Shown here in pieces: positions 40,380 through 49,629 of a stretch of 57,649 nt of DNA. The translations under genes were made by a program, and so were the position numbers. This DNA comes from Pseudomonadota bacterium (GTDB taxonomy: Bacteria > Pseudomonadota > Gammaproteobacteria > Burkholderiales > SG8-39): the NCBI GenBank assembly GCA_038040245.1, contig JBBPIU010000004.1, positions 1-57,649 of the forward strand, written 5' to 3'. Every line of letters starts with the position of its first letter. The stretch's first letter is position 1. The notes under the pieces are model-generated. The model saw only the letters and a list, made by a program, of their open reading frames with translations. It was not told the DNA's origin and did not search any database.

Positions 40380-41960
40380 TTGAACGTAATTCCAGATACC
40401 TTGCCCGCGCTCCTCGCGCAACGCGTGAACACCGTCGCGCCAGCGCTGATCGAACGCGGCCGGCCGGTCTCGTTCCGGGCACTCGCCGAAGAAAGCCGCT
40501 GCGTCGCACAAGGATTGCTGCGGCTCGGCGTCCAGCCGGGCGATTGCGTCGCGCTCTGGCTGCCGAACGTGCCCGCGTGGCTGGCGGCGTTCTTCGCCTG
40601 CGCGCAACTCGGCGCCATCGCCGTGTCGGTCAACACGCGCTTCCGCAGCCACGAGTTCGCCGACATCGTGCATCGCTCGCGCTCGCGCGTGCTGATGTTC
40701 TGGCCGGGATTCAAGGGGATAGACTTTGCCGGGATCCTCGGCGCCTGCGATCCGCAGGCGCTCGAGCACCTTCAAGCGGTAGTTGTATATGGCGAGGCCG
40801 GCGCGCAAACGCCGGCAACGGTGCTTGGAAAAACTGCGCTCTCCTATATGTTGCTCTCCGGCGGCGCGCCACTGCTCGAAAATCGTGCGTCACCGGAGGC
40901 GGGCTGCGCCATCTTCACCACCTCCGGCACCACCAAGGCGCCGAAGTTTGTGCTGCACGATCAACGCACTGTGCTTGCACATGCAAGCGACGTCACAAGA
41001 GGCTTCTCCATCGGTGACGATTCGGCACTGCTGCTCGCGCCGCCGCTTTGCGGCGTATTCGGGTTCTGTAGCGCTATGGCGGCGCTGGCGGCCGGTCGCC
41101 CGATGGTCATGGCGCCCACCTGGAACGCGGAACAGGCCGCGCGCGACATCATTGCGCACCGCGTCACACACATCAATGGGACGGATGAAGCTGCCGCGCA
41201 GCTGCTGGACATTGATGGCGCGTCCTTTTCAAACATACGTTTCTTTGGCTATGCCGCCTTCAATCCAGCGCAGGCCGGCATCGTCCTGCGCGCCGAAACG
41301 AGGGGCCTGCGGCTGGTCGGGCTGTATGGGACCAGTGAAATCCAGGCGCTGTTCGCGCGCCAGGACGAGAACGCGCCGGCCGGCGAGCGTGCGCTGGCCG
41401 GTGGCCGCCCCGTCAGCCCGGATGCCCGGGTGCGGGTGCGCGATCCGGAGTCGGGGGCGATCCTGACGCACGGCGCGTCCGGTGAACTGGAATTTTTCGC
41501 GCCCGCGAGCCGGATGGCGGGCTATCACGGTAATCCGGAGGCCACCCGGGACGCGCTCACCGCGGACGGCTATTACCGCTCGGGCGATCTCGGCTATACG
41601 CTCGCCGACGGCCGCTTCGTGTTCCTGACGCGGATGGGAGACGCCCTGCGCCTGGGTGGATTCCTGGTGAGTCCCGCCGAGATCGAGTCCGTGGTGCAGG
41701 AAGCACCGGGCATCGCTGCGTGCCAGGTCGTCGGCGTGCCGCGCGATGCCGGCCTGGTGCCGGTGGGCTTCGTCGTGCTGCACCATGGTGCAGTGCTCGA
41801 CGAAGCCTCGGTTATCGCCCACGTCGCCGGGAAACTTGCGCGCTACAAGGTACCCTTCCGCGTTTTCCCTATCGACGCGTTCCCGGTCACCCCCGGCGCA
41901 AACGCGACCAAGATCCAGAAGGGCAAGCTGCGCGAGATGGCCGAGGCGCTGCTACACTAA
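40380..41960 (+). CDS. AMP-binding acyl-CoA synthetase
   Basis: FTTSGTTKAPK, YGTSE, YRSGDLG, SPAEIE, KIQK. Confidence 0.9.
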   Translation: MNVIPDTLPALLAQRVNTVAPALIERGRPVSFRALAEESRCVAQGLLRLGVQPGDCVALWLPNVPAWLAAFFACAQLGAIAVSVNTRFRSHEFADIVHRSRSRVLMFWPGFKGIDFAGILGACDPQALEHLQAVVVYGEAGAQTPATVLGKTALSYMLLSGGAPLLENRASPEAGCAIFTTSGTTKAPKFVLHDQRTVLAHASDVTRGFSIGDDSALLLAPPLCGVFGFCSAMAALAAGRPMVMAPTWNAEQAARDIIAHRVTHINGTDEAAAQLLDIDGASFSNIRFFGYAAFNPAQAGIVLRAETRGLRLVGLYGTSEIQALFARQDENAPAGERALAGGRPVSPDARVRVRDPESGAILTHGASGELEFFAPASRMAGYHGNPEATRDALTADGYYRSGDLGYTLADGRFVFLTRMGDALRLGGFLVSPAEIESVVQEAPGIAACQVVGVPRDAGLVPVGFVVLHHGAVLDEASVIAHVAGKLARYKVPFRVFPIDAFPVTPGANATKIQKGKLREMAEALLH

Positions 41961-41987
41961 GGACTTCTATTGGAGGAGGAGGAATTC

Positions 41988-43007
41988 ATGTTCACGAATC
42001 GCAAACTGGCGCTGGCAGGGCTCGTCGCCTCGGCGCTGGCGCTACCGGCACATGCCCAGGCCCCGCTGACGTTTTCCTCGTGGGTCCCCCCGACTCACCA
42101 CATCACCCTCTGGCAGGCGAACTGGGCCGCCGAGATCGAGAAGGCGACCGGCGGACGCGTCAGATTCCAGTCACTGCCGAAAGCCCCCGCAGCGCCTCCG
42201 GGCACTTTCGACGCGGTAAAGGATGGACTGGTGGACCTTTCCTTCGTCACGGCGAGCTATACGCCGGCGCGCCACGTCCTGCCGCTGATGCCCGAGCTTC
42301 CTGGCAACGGCGACACTGCGGTAGCCAACTCGGTCGCCTATTCGCGCATGCACTGGAAGCATTTCCACAAGATCGGCGAATACAACGGCGTGAAGCTGCT
42401 CGGTGTCTTCACGCACGGACCGGGGCAGATGTTCACGAAGAAACCGATCAAGACTCTGGCCGACTTCAAGGGCCTGAAGATCCGCTCAGGCGGCGGCGGT
42501 TCGGAACTGGTCGTGACTGCGATCGGCGGCTCACCGTTCTTCAAGCCGGCCGGGGAATCCTACGAGATGCTCAAGTCGGGCGTCGCCGACGGCATCTTCT
42601 TCCCGGTGGAATCGATCGTTTCCTTCAAGCTTGAGACCGTGCTCGGACAGGCGACCCTGTTTCCCGGCGGCATCTACAGCTCGGCATTCGGATTCTTCAT
42701 GAATCAGGACAAATGGAACAAGCTCTCGAAGCAGGACCAGGACATCATCGAGAAGCACAGCAACGAGTACGTGGCGCGCTCCGCCGGCCGGTCCTGGGAC
42801 GAGGCCGATCGCAAGGGCATGGAAGCGATGCGCAAGTCCGACATCAAGATCGTCAACGCGGACGCCAGCCTGATAAAGGATGTGCAGAGGTTGTCGGCGC
42901 CGATAGTCGATGATTGGATCAAGAATGCGAGCGCCAAGGGTGTGAACGCCAAGGCGGTACTCGACGAGTTTCGCGCCGAACTGAAAAAGGTCGCCAAAGA
43001 GAACTAG
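41988..43007 (+). CDS. dctP: TRAP transporter substrate-binding protein (DctP family)
   Basis: Signal peptide, DFKGLKIR, MNQDKWNKLS; ATG at 41988 after GGAGGAGG. Confidence 0.9.
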   Translation: MFTNRKLALAGLVASALALPAHAQAPLTFSSWVPPTHHITLWQANWAAEIEKATGGRVRFQSLPKAPAAPPGTFDAVKDGLVDLSFVTASYTPARHVLPLMPELPGNGDTAVANSVAYSRMHWKHFHKIGEYNGVKLLGVFTHGPGQMFTKKPIKTLADFKGLKIRSGGGGSELVVTAIGGSPFFKPAGESYEMLKSGVADGIFFPVESIVSFKLETVLGQATLFPGGIYSSAFGFFMNQDKWNKLSKQDQDIIEKHSNEYVARSAGRSWDEADRKGMEAMRKSDIKIVNADASLIKDVQRLSAPIVDDWIKNASAKGVNAKAVLDEFRAELKKVAKEN

Positions 43008-43028
43008 CGGGCGAGCGGGGATCACGGC

Positions 43029-43060
43029 AGGGCGCGGGCCCAAACCGCGCCCTTTATTTC
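43029..43060 (+). terminator. Hairpin (attenuating terminator or mRNA stabiliser) after dctP
   Basis: AGGGCGCGG-gcccaaa-CCGCGCCCT followed by TTATTTC. Confidence 0.6.
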
Positions 43061-43561
43061 ATGGATGCTCCTGAGCAGCGCTGGGAAAGGCCCGTGGACG
43101 CGGTGCTGGGTATCGCCGCCTCCGCGATCCTGTTCTCGATGATGATGCTCACCTTCGTGGACGTGGTGATGCGCTACCTGCTCAATCGCCCGATCCGGGG
43201 CGGCTTCGAGCTCACCGAGTTGATGCTGGTGGTGCTGATCTTCGCCGGCCTGCCCCTGGTGTCGCACGCCGACGAGCACGTCACCATGGACTTTATCGAC
43301 CAGATCCTGCCGGTGCGCGCCGCGGAGCTGCTGGCGCGCGCGGTGCACGGCGTGTGCGCGGCGGTGATGTTCTTCCTCACCTGGCAGGTGTGGCTGAAGG
43401 CAGGAAAGATCGGCGCTTACGGCGACACCACGGACGTGCTCCGGATCGCGGTAGCGCCGTTTGTCCACTTCATGGCCGGCATGATCTTCCTCACCGGGCT
43501 GGTCCACCTGTTCAAGATGTTCGTACCCGGCCGGTGGCGGGCCTCGCAGGCGACCATCTGA
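43061..43561 (+). CDS. dctQ: TRAP small permease (DctQ)
   Basis: Four TM segments, DVVMRY, ELTE, HVTMD; ATG at 43061. Confidence 0.9.
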   Translation: MDAPEQRWERPVDAVLGIAASAILFSMMMLTFVDVVMRYLLNRPIRGGFELTELMLVVLIFAGLPLVSHADEHVTMDFIDQILPVRAAELLARAVHGVCAAVMFFLTWQVWLKAGKIGAYGDTTDVLRIAVAPFVHFMAGMIFLTGLVHLFKMFVPGRWRASQATI

Positions 43562-43586
43562 GCCGTGTCTTGAGCGTTCCCGCCGC

Positions 43587-45011
43587 ATGACCGAAGCCCT
43601 GACCGGCCTCATGGCAATGATGCTGCTCGCGTTCCTGCGCGTGCCGATCGCGCTTGCCATGGCGATCGTCGGCGTTGTCGGCTACGCCTATATGCGCGAC
43701 TGGAACTGGTACGTGGCCTTCACCACGGCCCAGACCAAGGTCTACGAGACCGGGCGCAACTACACCTTGTCGGTGGTGCCGCTGTTCATTCTCATGGGCA
43801 ATTTCGTCACGCGGGCGGGAATGTCGCAGGAGTTGTTCCGCGCCGCGTACGCGTTCATCGGTCACTTCAAAGGCGGTCTTGCGATGGCGACCATCGTGGG
43901 TTGCGCCGGCTTCGGTGCTATCTGCGGTTCCTCGATCGCGACTGCGGCGACCTTCGCCAAGGTCGCCTACCCCTCGATGAAGAAGTTCGGCTACTCGGAT
44001 GCGCTCGCCACCGGCGCCATCGCCGGCGGCGGAACCCTGGGCATCATGATCCCGCCCTCCACGATCATGGTCATCTACGGCATCATGACCGAGACCAACA
44101 TCGGCAAGATGTTCGCCGCTGGAATCCTGCCCGGCATCCTCGCCACCGTACTCCTGTGCCTCGCGGTGCGGTACGTCACCTGGCGCGATCCGGCGGCCGG
44201 CCCGCCGGGCGAACGCCTGGGTTGGCGCGAGCGCTTCGCGACGCTCGAAGGCCTCGGCTGGTTTGCGGCACTGGGCGCGGCCCTGCTCGTCTCGGTGCAG
44301 CTTGATTGGCTCGAAGGCGACCAGGCAGGCGTCATCGGTGCCTTCGCGGTGTTCGCGCTTTCGCTGATCTACAAAGGCGTGACCAGCGTGATTGCGCTCT
44401 TCACCCTGGTGATGGGCGGAATCTACGGTGGCGTGTTCACCGCCACCGAGGGCGCGGGCGTAGGCGCGTTCGGTGCGCTGGTGTTCGCACTGGCGCGCGG
44501 CGCGATCAACTGGCGCTCGCTCTACGAAGCCCTGGTCGAGAGCGCGCGCACCACCTCGATGCTGTTCCTGATCCTGATTGGCGCCCTGATCTTCGCCGAT
44601 TTCGTCAACATCACCAGCATGCCGAAGGACCTGATCGCGTTCGTCACCCGTTTCGAGCTCAGCCCGGTGATGGTGGTGGCGGCGATCATGGTGATCTACG
44701 TGCTGCTCGGCACCGCCATGGAGGAGCTCTCCATGATCCTGCTCACGGTTCCGGTGTTCTTCCCGCTGATCGTGCACCTGGGCCTCGACCCCGTCTGGTT
44801 CGGGATCCTGATCGTGGTGGTGGTCGAGATCGGGCTCATCAGCCCGCCGGTGGGGATGAACCTGTTCGTGCTCAAGACCCTGCTGCCGCAAGTGTCCACC
44901 CAGACCGTGTTCCGCGGCGTGCTGCCCTTCGTCGCTGTCGACTGCGTCCGGCTCGCGATCCTGGTCGCAGTTCCCTCGATCTCGCTCTACCTGCCCAGCC
45001 TGATGAAGTAG
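43587..45011 (+). CDS. dctM: TRAP large permease (DctM)
   Basis: VPLFILMG, GSSIATAA, GIMIPPS, FTATEGA, ISPPVGMNLF. Confidence 0.93.
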   Translation: MTEALTGLMAMMLLAFLRVPIALAMAIVGVVGYAYMRDWNWYVAFTTAQTKVYETGRNYTLSVVPLFILMGNFVTRAGMSQELFRAAYAFIGHFKGGLAMATIVGCAGFGAICGSSIATAATFAKVAYPSMKKFGYSDALATGAIAGGGTLGIMIPPSTIMVIYGIMTETNIGKMFAAGILPGILATVLLCLAVRYVTWRDPAAGPPGERLGWRERFATLEGLGWFAALGAALLVSVQLDWLEGDQAGVIGAFAVFALSLIYKGVTSVIALFTLVMGGIYGGVFTATEGAGVGAFGALVFALARGAINWRSLYEALVESARTTSMLFLILIGALIFADFVNITSMPKDLIAFVTRFELSPVMVVAAIMVIYVLLGTAMEELSMILLTVPVFFPLIVHLGLDPVWFGILIVVVVEIGLISPPVGMNLFVLKTLLPQVSTQTVFRGVLPFVAVDCVRLAILVAVPSISLYLPSLMK

Positions 45012-45018
45012 ACCCGGC

Positions 45019-46926
45019 CTAGATCTCGACCTTGGTGCCGAGCTCGATCACGCGGTTGGTCGGCAGCTTGAAGTAGTCGGCGGCGTTGCCGGCATTGCGC
45101 GTCATCATCGCGAACAGCTTTTCGCGCCACAGCGCCATCTCGCTTACCGCGGCCACGGGAACCACCGTCTCCCGGCTGAGGAAGAACGAGGTGGTCATCA
45201 TGTCGAATTCGAGGCCCAGCGTGCCGGCGATCTCGAGCGTCTGGCCGATGTCGGGTTCGTTCATGAAGCCGTAGCGCACGGTCATGCGCCAGCAGCCGTG
45301 GTCGAGCGTGGTGAGCTTGACGCGGTCCTGCAACGGCACCCAGGGCTCCTCGGTGACTTCCGCGGTGAGGAACACCACCCGTTCGTGCAGCACCTTGTTG
45401 TGGTTCAGGTTGTGCAGCAGCGCGTGCGGCGTCACTTCCGGCGTCGCGGTCAGGAACACCGCGGTGCCGGGCACGCGCTGCGGCGGCTCGACGAACAGCG
45501 TATCGAGGAACGGCTTGAGCGGCACCGACGAAGCGCGCAGGCGGTGGAACATCATGCTGCGGCCCTTCCGCCAGGTCGTCATCACCGTGAACACGATGGC
45601 GCCGATCACCAGCGGGAACCAGCCGCCGTCAGCGACCTTGAGCAGCGTGGCGGAAAAAAATGCGACGTCCACGATGGCGAAAAATCCGGTCGCGAACAGA
45701 CACAACCAGAGCGGGTAGCCCCACAGGTAGCGGATGACGAAGAAGGCGAGCAGCGTGTCGACCAGCATGGTCGCCGTTACCGCGACGCCGTAGGCCGAAG
45801 CTAGACTGGACGAAGAGCCGAAGCCGATCACCGCCGCCAGCACGGCCGCGAGCAACAGCCAGTTGATCGCGGGAATGTAGATCTGCCCGCGCTCGCGCGC
45901 CGAGGTCTGTATCACCGTCATGCGCGGCAGGAAGCCGAGCTGGATCGCCTGTTTGGTGAGCGAATAGGCCCCGGAGATCGTCGCCTGCGACGCGATCGCG
46001 GCGGCGGCCGTGGCCAGCGCCACCATCGGATAGAGCGCCCACGCCGGCAGCAGCAGAAAGAACGGGTTCTGCACCGCCTCGGGCTTCAGGATGAGCAGCG
46101 CGCCCTGCCCGAAGTAATTCAATACCAGCGCCGGCGCCACCAGGCTGAACCACGCGGTGCGCACCGCACCTTTGCCGACGTGCCCCATGTCGGCGTAAAG
46201 GGCCTCGGCGCCCGTCACGGCGAGGACCACGGCCCCGAGCACGACGAACGAAGCGATGCCGTGGCTGCCGAGGAAGCGAAGCGCATGCAGCGGGTTGAGC
46301 GCGGCCAGGATGCCCGGGTATTGCGCGATGCCATAGACACCGGCCGCACCGATGGCGAGGAACCAGGCCAGCGTAATCGGTCCAAACAGCTTGCCTACGA
46401 CTGCGGTGCCGCTGCTCTGAAATGCGAACAAGCCGATGATTATCAACACCGCGATCGGCACCACGTACGGCTTGAACGCCATGGTCCCGACCTCGAGGCC
46501 TTCGACGGCGGAGAGCACCGTAGTCGCCGGCGTCAAAATCGCATCGCCGTAGAAAAGCGACGCTCCGAACACGCCGATCAGGATCAGCGGCGTTCGCCAG
46601 CCGGGGTGGTCCTTGATCGCCGTCGAAGCAAGCGCGATCAGCGCCATGATGCCGCCCTCGCCGCGGTTGTCGGCGCGCATGATCAGCACCACGTACTTCA
46701 GCGACACCACGATCATCAGCGCCCAGAAGATCGTGGACAGGCCGCCGAGCACGTTCTCCGGGGTCAAAGGGATGCCATGGTCCGGCGCAAAGGTCGCCTT
46801 GACCGCGTAAAGCGGACTGGTTCCGATGTCGCCGAAGACGACGCCGAGCGCGAGCAGCGTCAGGGCGGCCCTCGAGGACTGCGACGCGTGCGCGCCAGTG
46901 GCGCTCACTTCTCTCTTTTCATGCAT
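45019..46926 (-). CDS. kup: Potassium uptake protein Kup
   Basis: GVVFGDIGTSPLYA, ADNRGEGG, EALYADMGH, GQIYIP, HNKVLHE. Confidence 0.96.
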   Translation of the reverse strand: MHEKREVSATGAHASQSSRAALTLLALGVVFGDIGTSPLYAVKATFAPDHGIPLTPENVLGGLSTIFWALMIVVSLKYVVLIMRADNRGEGGIMALIALASTAIKDHPGWRTPLILIGVFGASLFYGDAILTPATTVLSAVEGLEVGTMAFKPYVVPIAVLIIIGLFAFQSSGTAVVGKLFGPITLAWFLAIGAAGVYGIAQYPGILAALNPLHALRFLGSHGIASFVVLGAVVLAVTGAEALYADMGHVGKGAVRTAWFSLVAPALVLNYFGQGALLILKPEAVQNPFFLLLPAWALYPMVALATAAAAIASQATISGAYSLTKQAIQLGFLPRMTVIQTSARERGQIYIPAINWLLLAAVLAAVIGFGSSSSLASAYGVAVTATMLVDTLLAFFVIRYLWGYPLWLCLFATGFFAIVDVAFFSATLLKVADGGWFPLVIGAIVFTVMTTWRKGRSMMFHRLRASSVPLKPFLDTLFVEPPQRVPGTAVFLTATPEVTPHALLHNLNHNKVLHERVVFLTAEVTEEPWVPLQDRVKLTTLDHGCWRMTVRYGFMNEPDIGQTLEIAGTLGLEFDMMTTSFFLSRETVVPVAAVSEMALWREKLFAMMTRNAGNAADYFKLPTNRVIELGTKVEI

Positions 46927-47058
46927 TATCAGCCGGATGGAAGCGCGCGAACCCTACTCCCGCACCGCACAAAGAGCAAACGGCTCCACGCAAAGAACTG
47001 CAAGGGCGAATAAAATCATCATTCTACGGAACATGCCGTGCACAGGGTGGAATGAAGC

Positions 47059-47811
47059 ATGAAAGCGGACGCGCACGATAAAGCCCATTTCCTGGACCGC
47101 GTCAGCCGCGAAATGGACGAGGACCTGGGCGTCCTCGACCTGTCGCCGCGCGAGGCGCTGGCGGCCTGTTGCCGGATCCTGGCCTACGAGGGTCATGAGT
47201 CAGGATTAGCCGGGCAAGTCACGGCCTTGGGCGAGAAACCGGGCACCTGGTGGACCCTGAAATTCGGCCTCGGCTTCGAGGAGGCCACCGGCGAGCGCAT
47301 GGTGCTGGTGGATGAAGACCTGAAGCCGCTCTCAGGCGGGCGCGCCAATCCCGGCGTGCGCTTCCATGTCTGGATTTACCGCAAGCGGCCCGACGTGAAA
47401 GCCATCGTCCACACGCATGCGCCCTACGCTTCTGCGCTCGCGGCCACCGGCACGCCGCTGAAGACCATCCATATGGACAGCGCGATGCTGCACGGCACCG
47501 CACACCTTGCCGAGTGGCCGGGCGTACCGGTCGCCGACGACGAGGGGCGCATCATTTCAGGCGCGCTGGGTTCTGCGAAAACCATTCTGCTGTCGAACCA
47601 CGGCCTGCTCGCCGCGGGCGCGAGCATCGAGGAAGCGACCTACCTCGCGGTGTTCTTCGAACGCGCCGCGCGCATGCAGATCCGCGCCATGGCGGCGGGC
47701 GGCTTCAAGGAAGTGAAACCCGAACTGGCGATCGAGGCGCGCAACTTCCTGCTGCAGCCTTCGATCGTGCGCGGGACCTTCGCTTACTGGGCGCGGCGAA
47801 GCTCGGCTTGA
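47059..47811 (+). CDS. Class II aldolase/adducin family protein
   Basis: FHVWIY..RPDVKAIVHTH, LLSNHG metal-binding histidines. Confidence 0.88.
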   Translation: MKADAHDKAHFLDRVSREMDEDLGVLDLSPREALAACCRILAYEGHESGLAGQVTALGEKPGTWWTLKFGLGFEEATGERMVLVDEDLKPLSGGRANPGVRFHVWIYRKRPDVKAIVHTHAPYASALAATGTPLKTIHMDSAMLHGTAHLAEWPGVPVADDEGRIISGALGSAKTILLSNHGLLAAGASIEEATYLAVFFERAARMQIRAMAAGGFKEVKPELAIEARNFLLQPSIVRGTFAYWARRSSA

Positions 47812-47817
47812 GAGGGA

Positions 47818-48465
47818 TCAATTCGTGCATGGTTGCGCAAATACGTAGCCGGAGCGCTGATCCGGCGCCAGATTGATCGTCCACGCCCCCTGAGCCGCGC
47901 GGGCGCAGAAGCCAACCACCCGACTTGTCTTCTGCTGAAAGACGCGAGGCCGCACGAAAAGCCCGGAAGCTCTCGTGAGCGGCGCGGAGAGCGGAATTTT
48001 CCGCGCCCTTCCGAGCAGCGGATCGATGCGCCACAGCGAGCCCTGAGAACAGCTCACCCCGAAGAACGCCCCCTGCTCCGCGGAATAGGCCAGCCCGGAG
48101 AATCCGACGTCCTTGTCCCTTTCGTCATCGAGAACCAGCTCGTGCATGCTGACCCTCATGGTGACGCCATCGACGCGCCACAGCGTCGGCAGGGTGTCGC
48201 TCGAAATGAGCGCATCGCCGGTGGGCCCGAGCGCAAGGTCGGGAGAGCAGCCGTACGGCTCTCCGGCCCAAATCCAGTCCGGCAACGCGATGTCACGTGT
48301 CTTTAACCCCGATTTGAGGTCATAGATCTGCACCCCGCTTCGGGTCAGGACCCAGACCCGATCCCGCGCTGTGTCCACTTGGCTGCGCAGGTTTTCCGCC
48401 GCTGCGGCCGACATCATCAGGGCAATCACAACGCCCGCGACCTTGCTGAAGATTCCGTTCAACAT
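47818..48465 (-). CDS. Secreted hypothetical protein (beta-propeller-like strands)
   Basis: Signal peptide ending AAAA-E, AAGGAG RBS, repeated LWRVD/LWRID, four Cys. Confidence 0.65.
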   Translation of the reverse strand: MLNGIFSKVAGVVIALMMSAAAAENLRSQVDTARDRVWVLTRSGVQIYDLKSGLKTRDIALPDWIWAGEPYGCSPDLALGPTGDALISSDTLPTLWRVDGVTMRVSMHELVLDDERDKDVGFSGLAYSAEQGAFFGVSCSQGSLWRIDPLLGRARKIPLSAPLTRASGLFVRPRVFQQKTSRVVGFCARAAQGAWTINLAPDQRSGYVFAQPCTN

Positions 48466-48599
48466 ACATGCTCCTTCCCCGAGGGGAGTTAGAGCAGCGC
48501 TTGAGACGGCATCGTCTTTGCGGACCGGGTGCCTGCAAAAGACCCGGCTAGGGAGCCCTAGCTGCCGTTTTCTGCGGCTGGGGACCTACATGAAGCGGC

Positions 48600-48628
48600 A
48601 AGCTACCCCGGCTCGCGCACCCTGTCAA
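48600..48628 (-). promoter_or_regulatory. Sigma70-like promoter for the hypothetical gene
   Basis: Minus strand TTGACA (48628-48623), 17 nt, TAGCTT (48605-48600). Confidence 0.6.
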
Positions 48629-48636
48629 CAAGTTTC

Positions 48637-48675
48637 TGTTGTTTATATCACTTATATGTGATAACTATAACAACA
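48637..48675. promoter_or_regulatory. AT-rich palindrome directly before chrB (operator candidate)
   Basis: TATCAC-ttatat-GTGATA core (48646-48663) within outer TGTTGTT...AACAACA arms. Confidence 0.55.
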
Positions 48676-49622
48676 TGATGGCAATGAGCACCCTGGTTCT
48701 CAGCTTGCCGACTCGCAATTCCACGATCCGGATGCGTGTCTGGCGGGCCTTGAAGGAAACCGGTTGCGGCGCGCTGCGCGACGGCGTGTACGTTTTGCCC
48801 GCAGCAGCGGCGGGGACTGCGGTTCTGGCGGCAATGGAGTCCGAGATCAGGGCGGCCGGTGGCTTCGCGATGACGGTCGACCTGAATCTCAAGTCGGCCG
48901 AACAACTCGCGCATGTCCGCAAATTGTTCGACCGCAGCGTCGACTACGGCGCGCTAGTGCGGAAAATCAGCGCGCTGAAGACCTCATTGCCGCGCATCGG
49001 ACTGCGCAAGGCGCAGACTGCAGTCCGCCGGCTGGAGCGCTCATTCGCCAGGCTGTCGGCGATCGATTACTTTCCGGCCCAGGCCAGACTCCAGGCTGTC
49101 GATGCGATTTCGGCGATCAAACGAGATTTTCAGGAAACGTATTCCCGCGGGGAACCGCGCCCTTCCAAGAAGCGACTGCGGCAAGTCAATGGCACCCGGT
49201 ATCGGAGGCAGGTATGGGCAACGCGCAAGGATCCGTGGGTGGACCGTCTCGCCAGCGCCTGGCTGATCAAGCGATTCATCGATCGGGATGCGAGCTTCGT
49301 ATGGATCGATCGTCCGCGCGACCGTCCGAAGAAGACCATAGGCTTCGATTTCGACGGCGCAGAATTCACGCACCTCAACAACCGCGTGACATTCGAGGTT
49401 CTTCTTGCGAGCTTCGGCCTCGAGAACGATCCAGCGCTCGCAGCGATCGGCGCCGCGGTGCACTTTCTCGACGTAGGCGGCATCCCGGTTGCCGACGCCA
49501 AGGGCTTGGAAACCGTCCTCAGGGGAGTCAAGGAAAAGACCCGGAACGACGACGCGTTGCTCGCCGAAGCCATGCGAATCCTCGACCTGTTTTATTCCGC
49601 GTACGCACAGCCTGCGACGTAA
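48675..49622 (+). CDS. chrB: ChrB-family chromate-response regulator
   Basis: RMRVWRALK..GC..LRDGVYVLP, IDYFP, WATR..PWVDRLASAWLIKRFID, GFDFDGAEFTH. Start is one of the ATGs at 48675, 48678 or 48684. Confidence 0.88.
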   Translation: MMAMSTLVLSLPTRNSTIRMRVWRALKETGCGALRDGVYVLPAAAAGTAVLAAMESEIRAAGGFAMTVDLNLKSAEQLAHVRKLFDRSVDYGALVRKISALKTSLPRIGLRKAQTAVRRLERSFARLSAIDYFPAQARLQAVDAISAIKRDFQETYSRGEPRPSKKRLRQVNGTRYRRQVWATRKDPWVDRLASAWLIKRFIDRDASFVWIDRPRDRPKKTIGFDFDGAEFTHLNNRVTFEVLLASFGLENDPALAAIGAAVHFLDVGGIPVADAKGLETVLRGVKEKTRNDDALLAEAMRILDLFYSAYAQPAT

Positions 49623-49629
49623 CCGAGTT

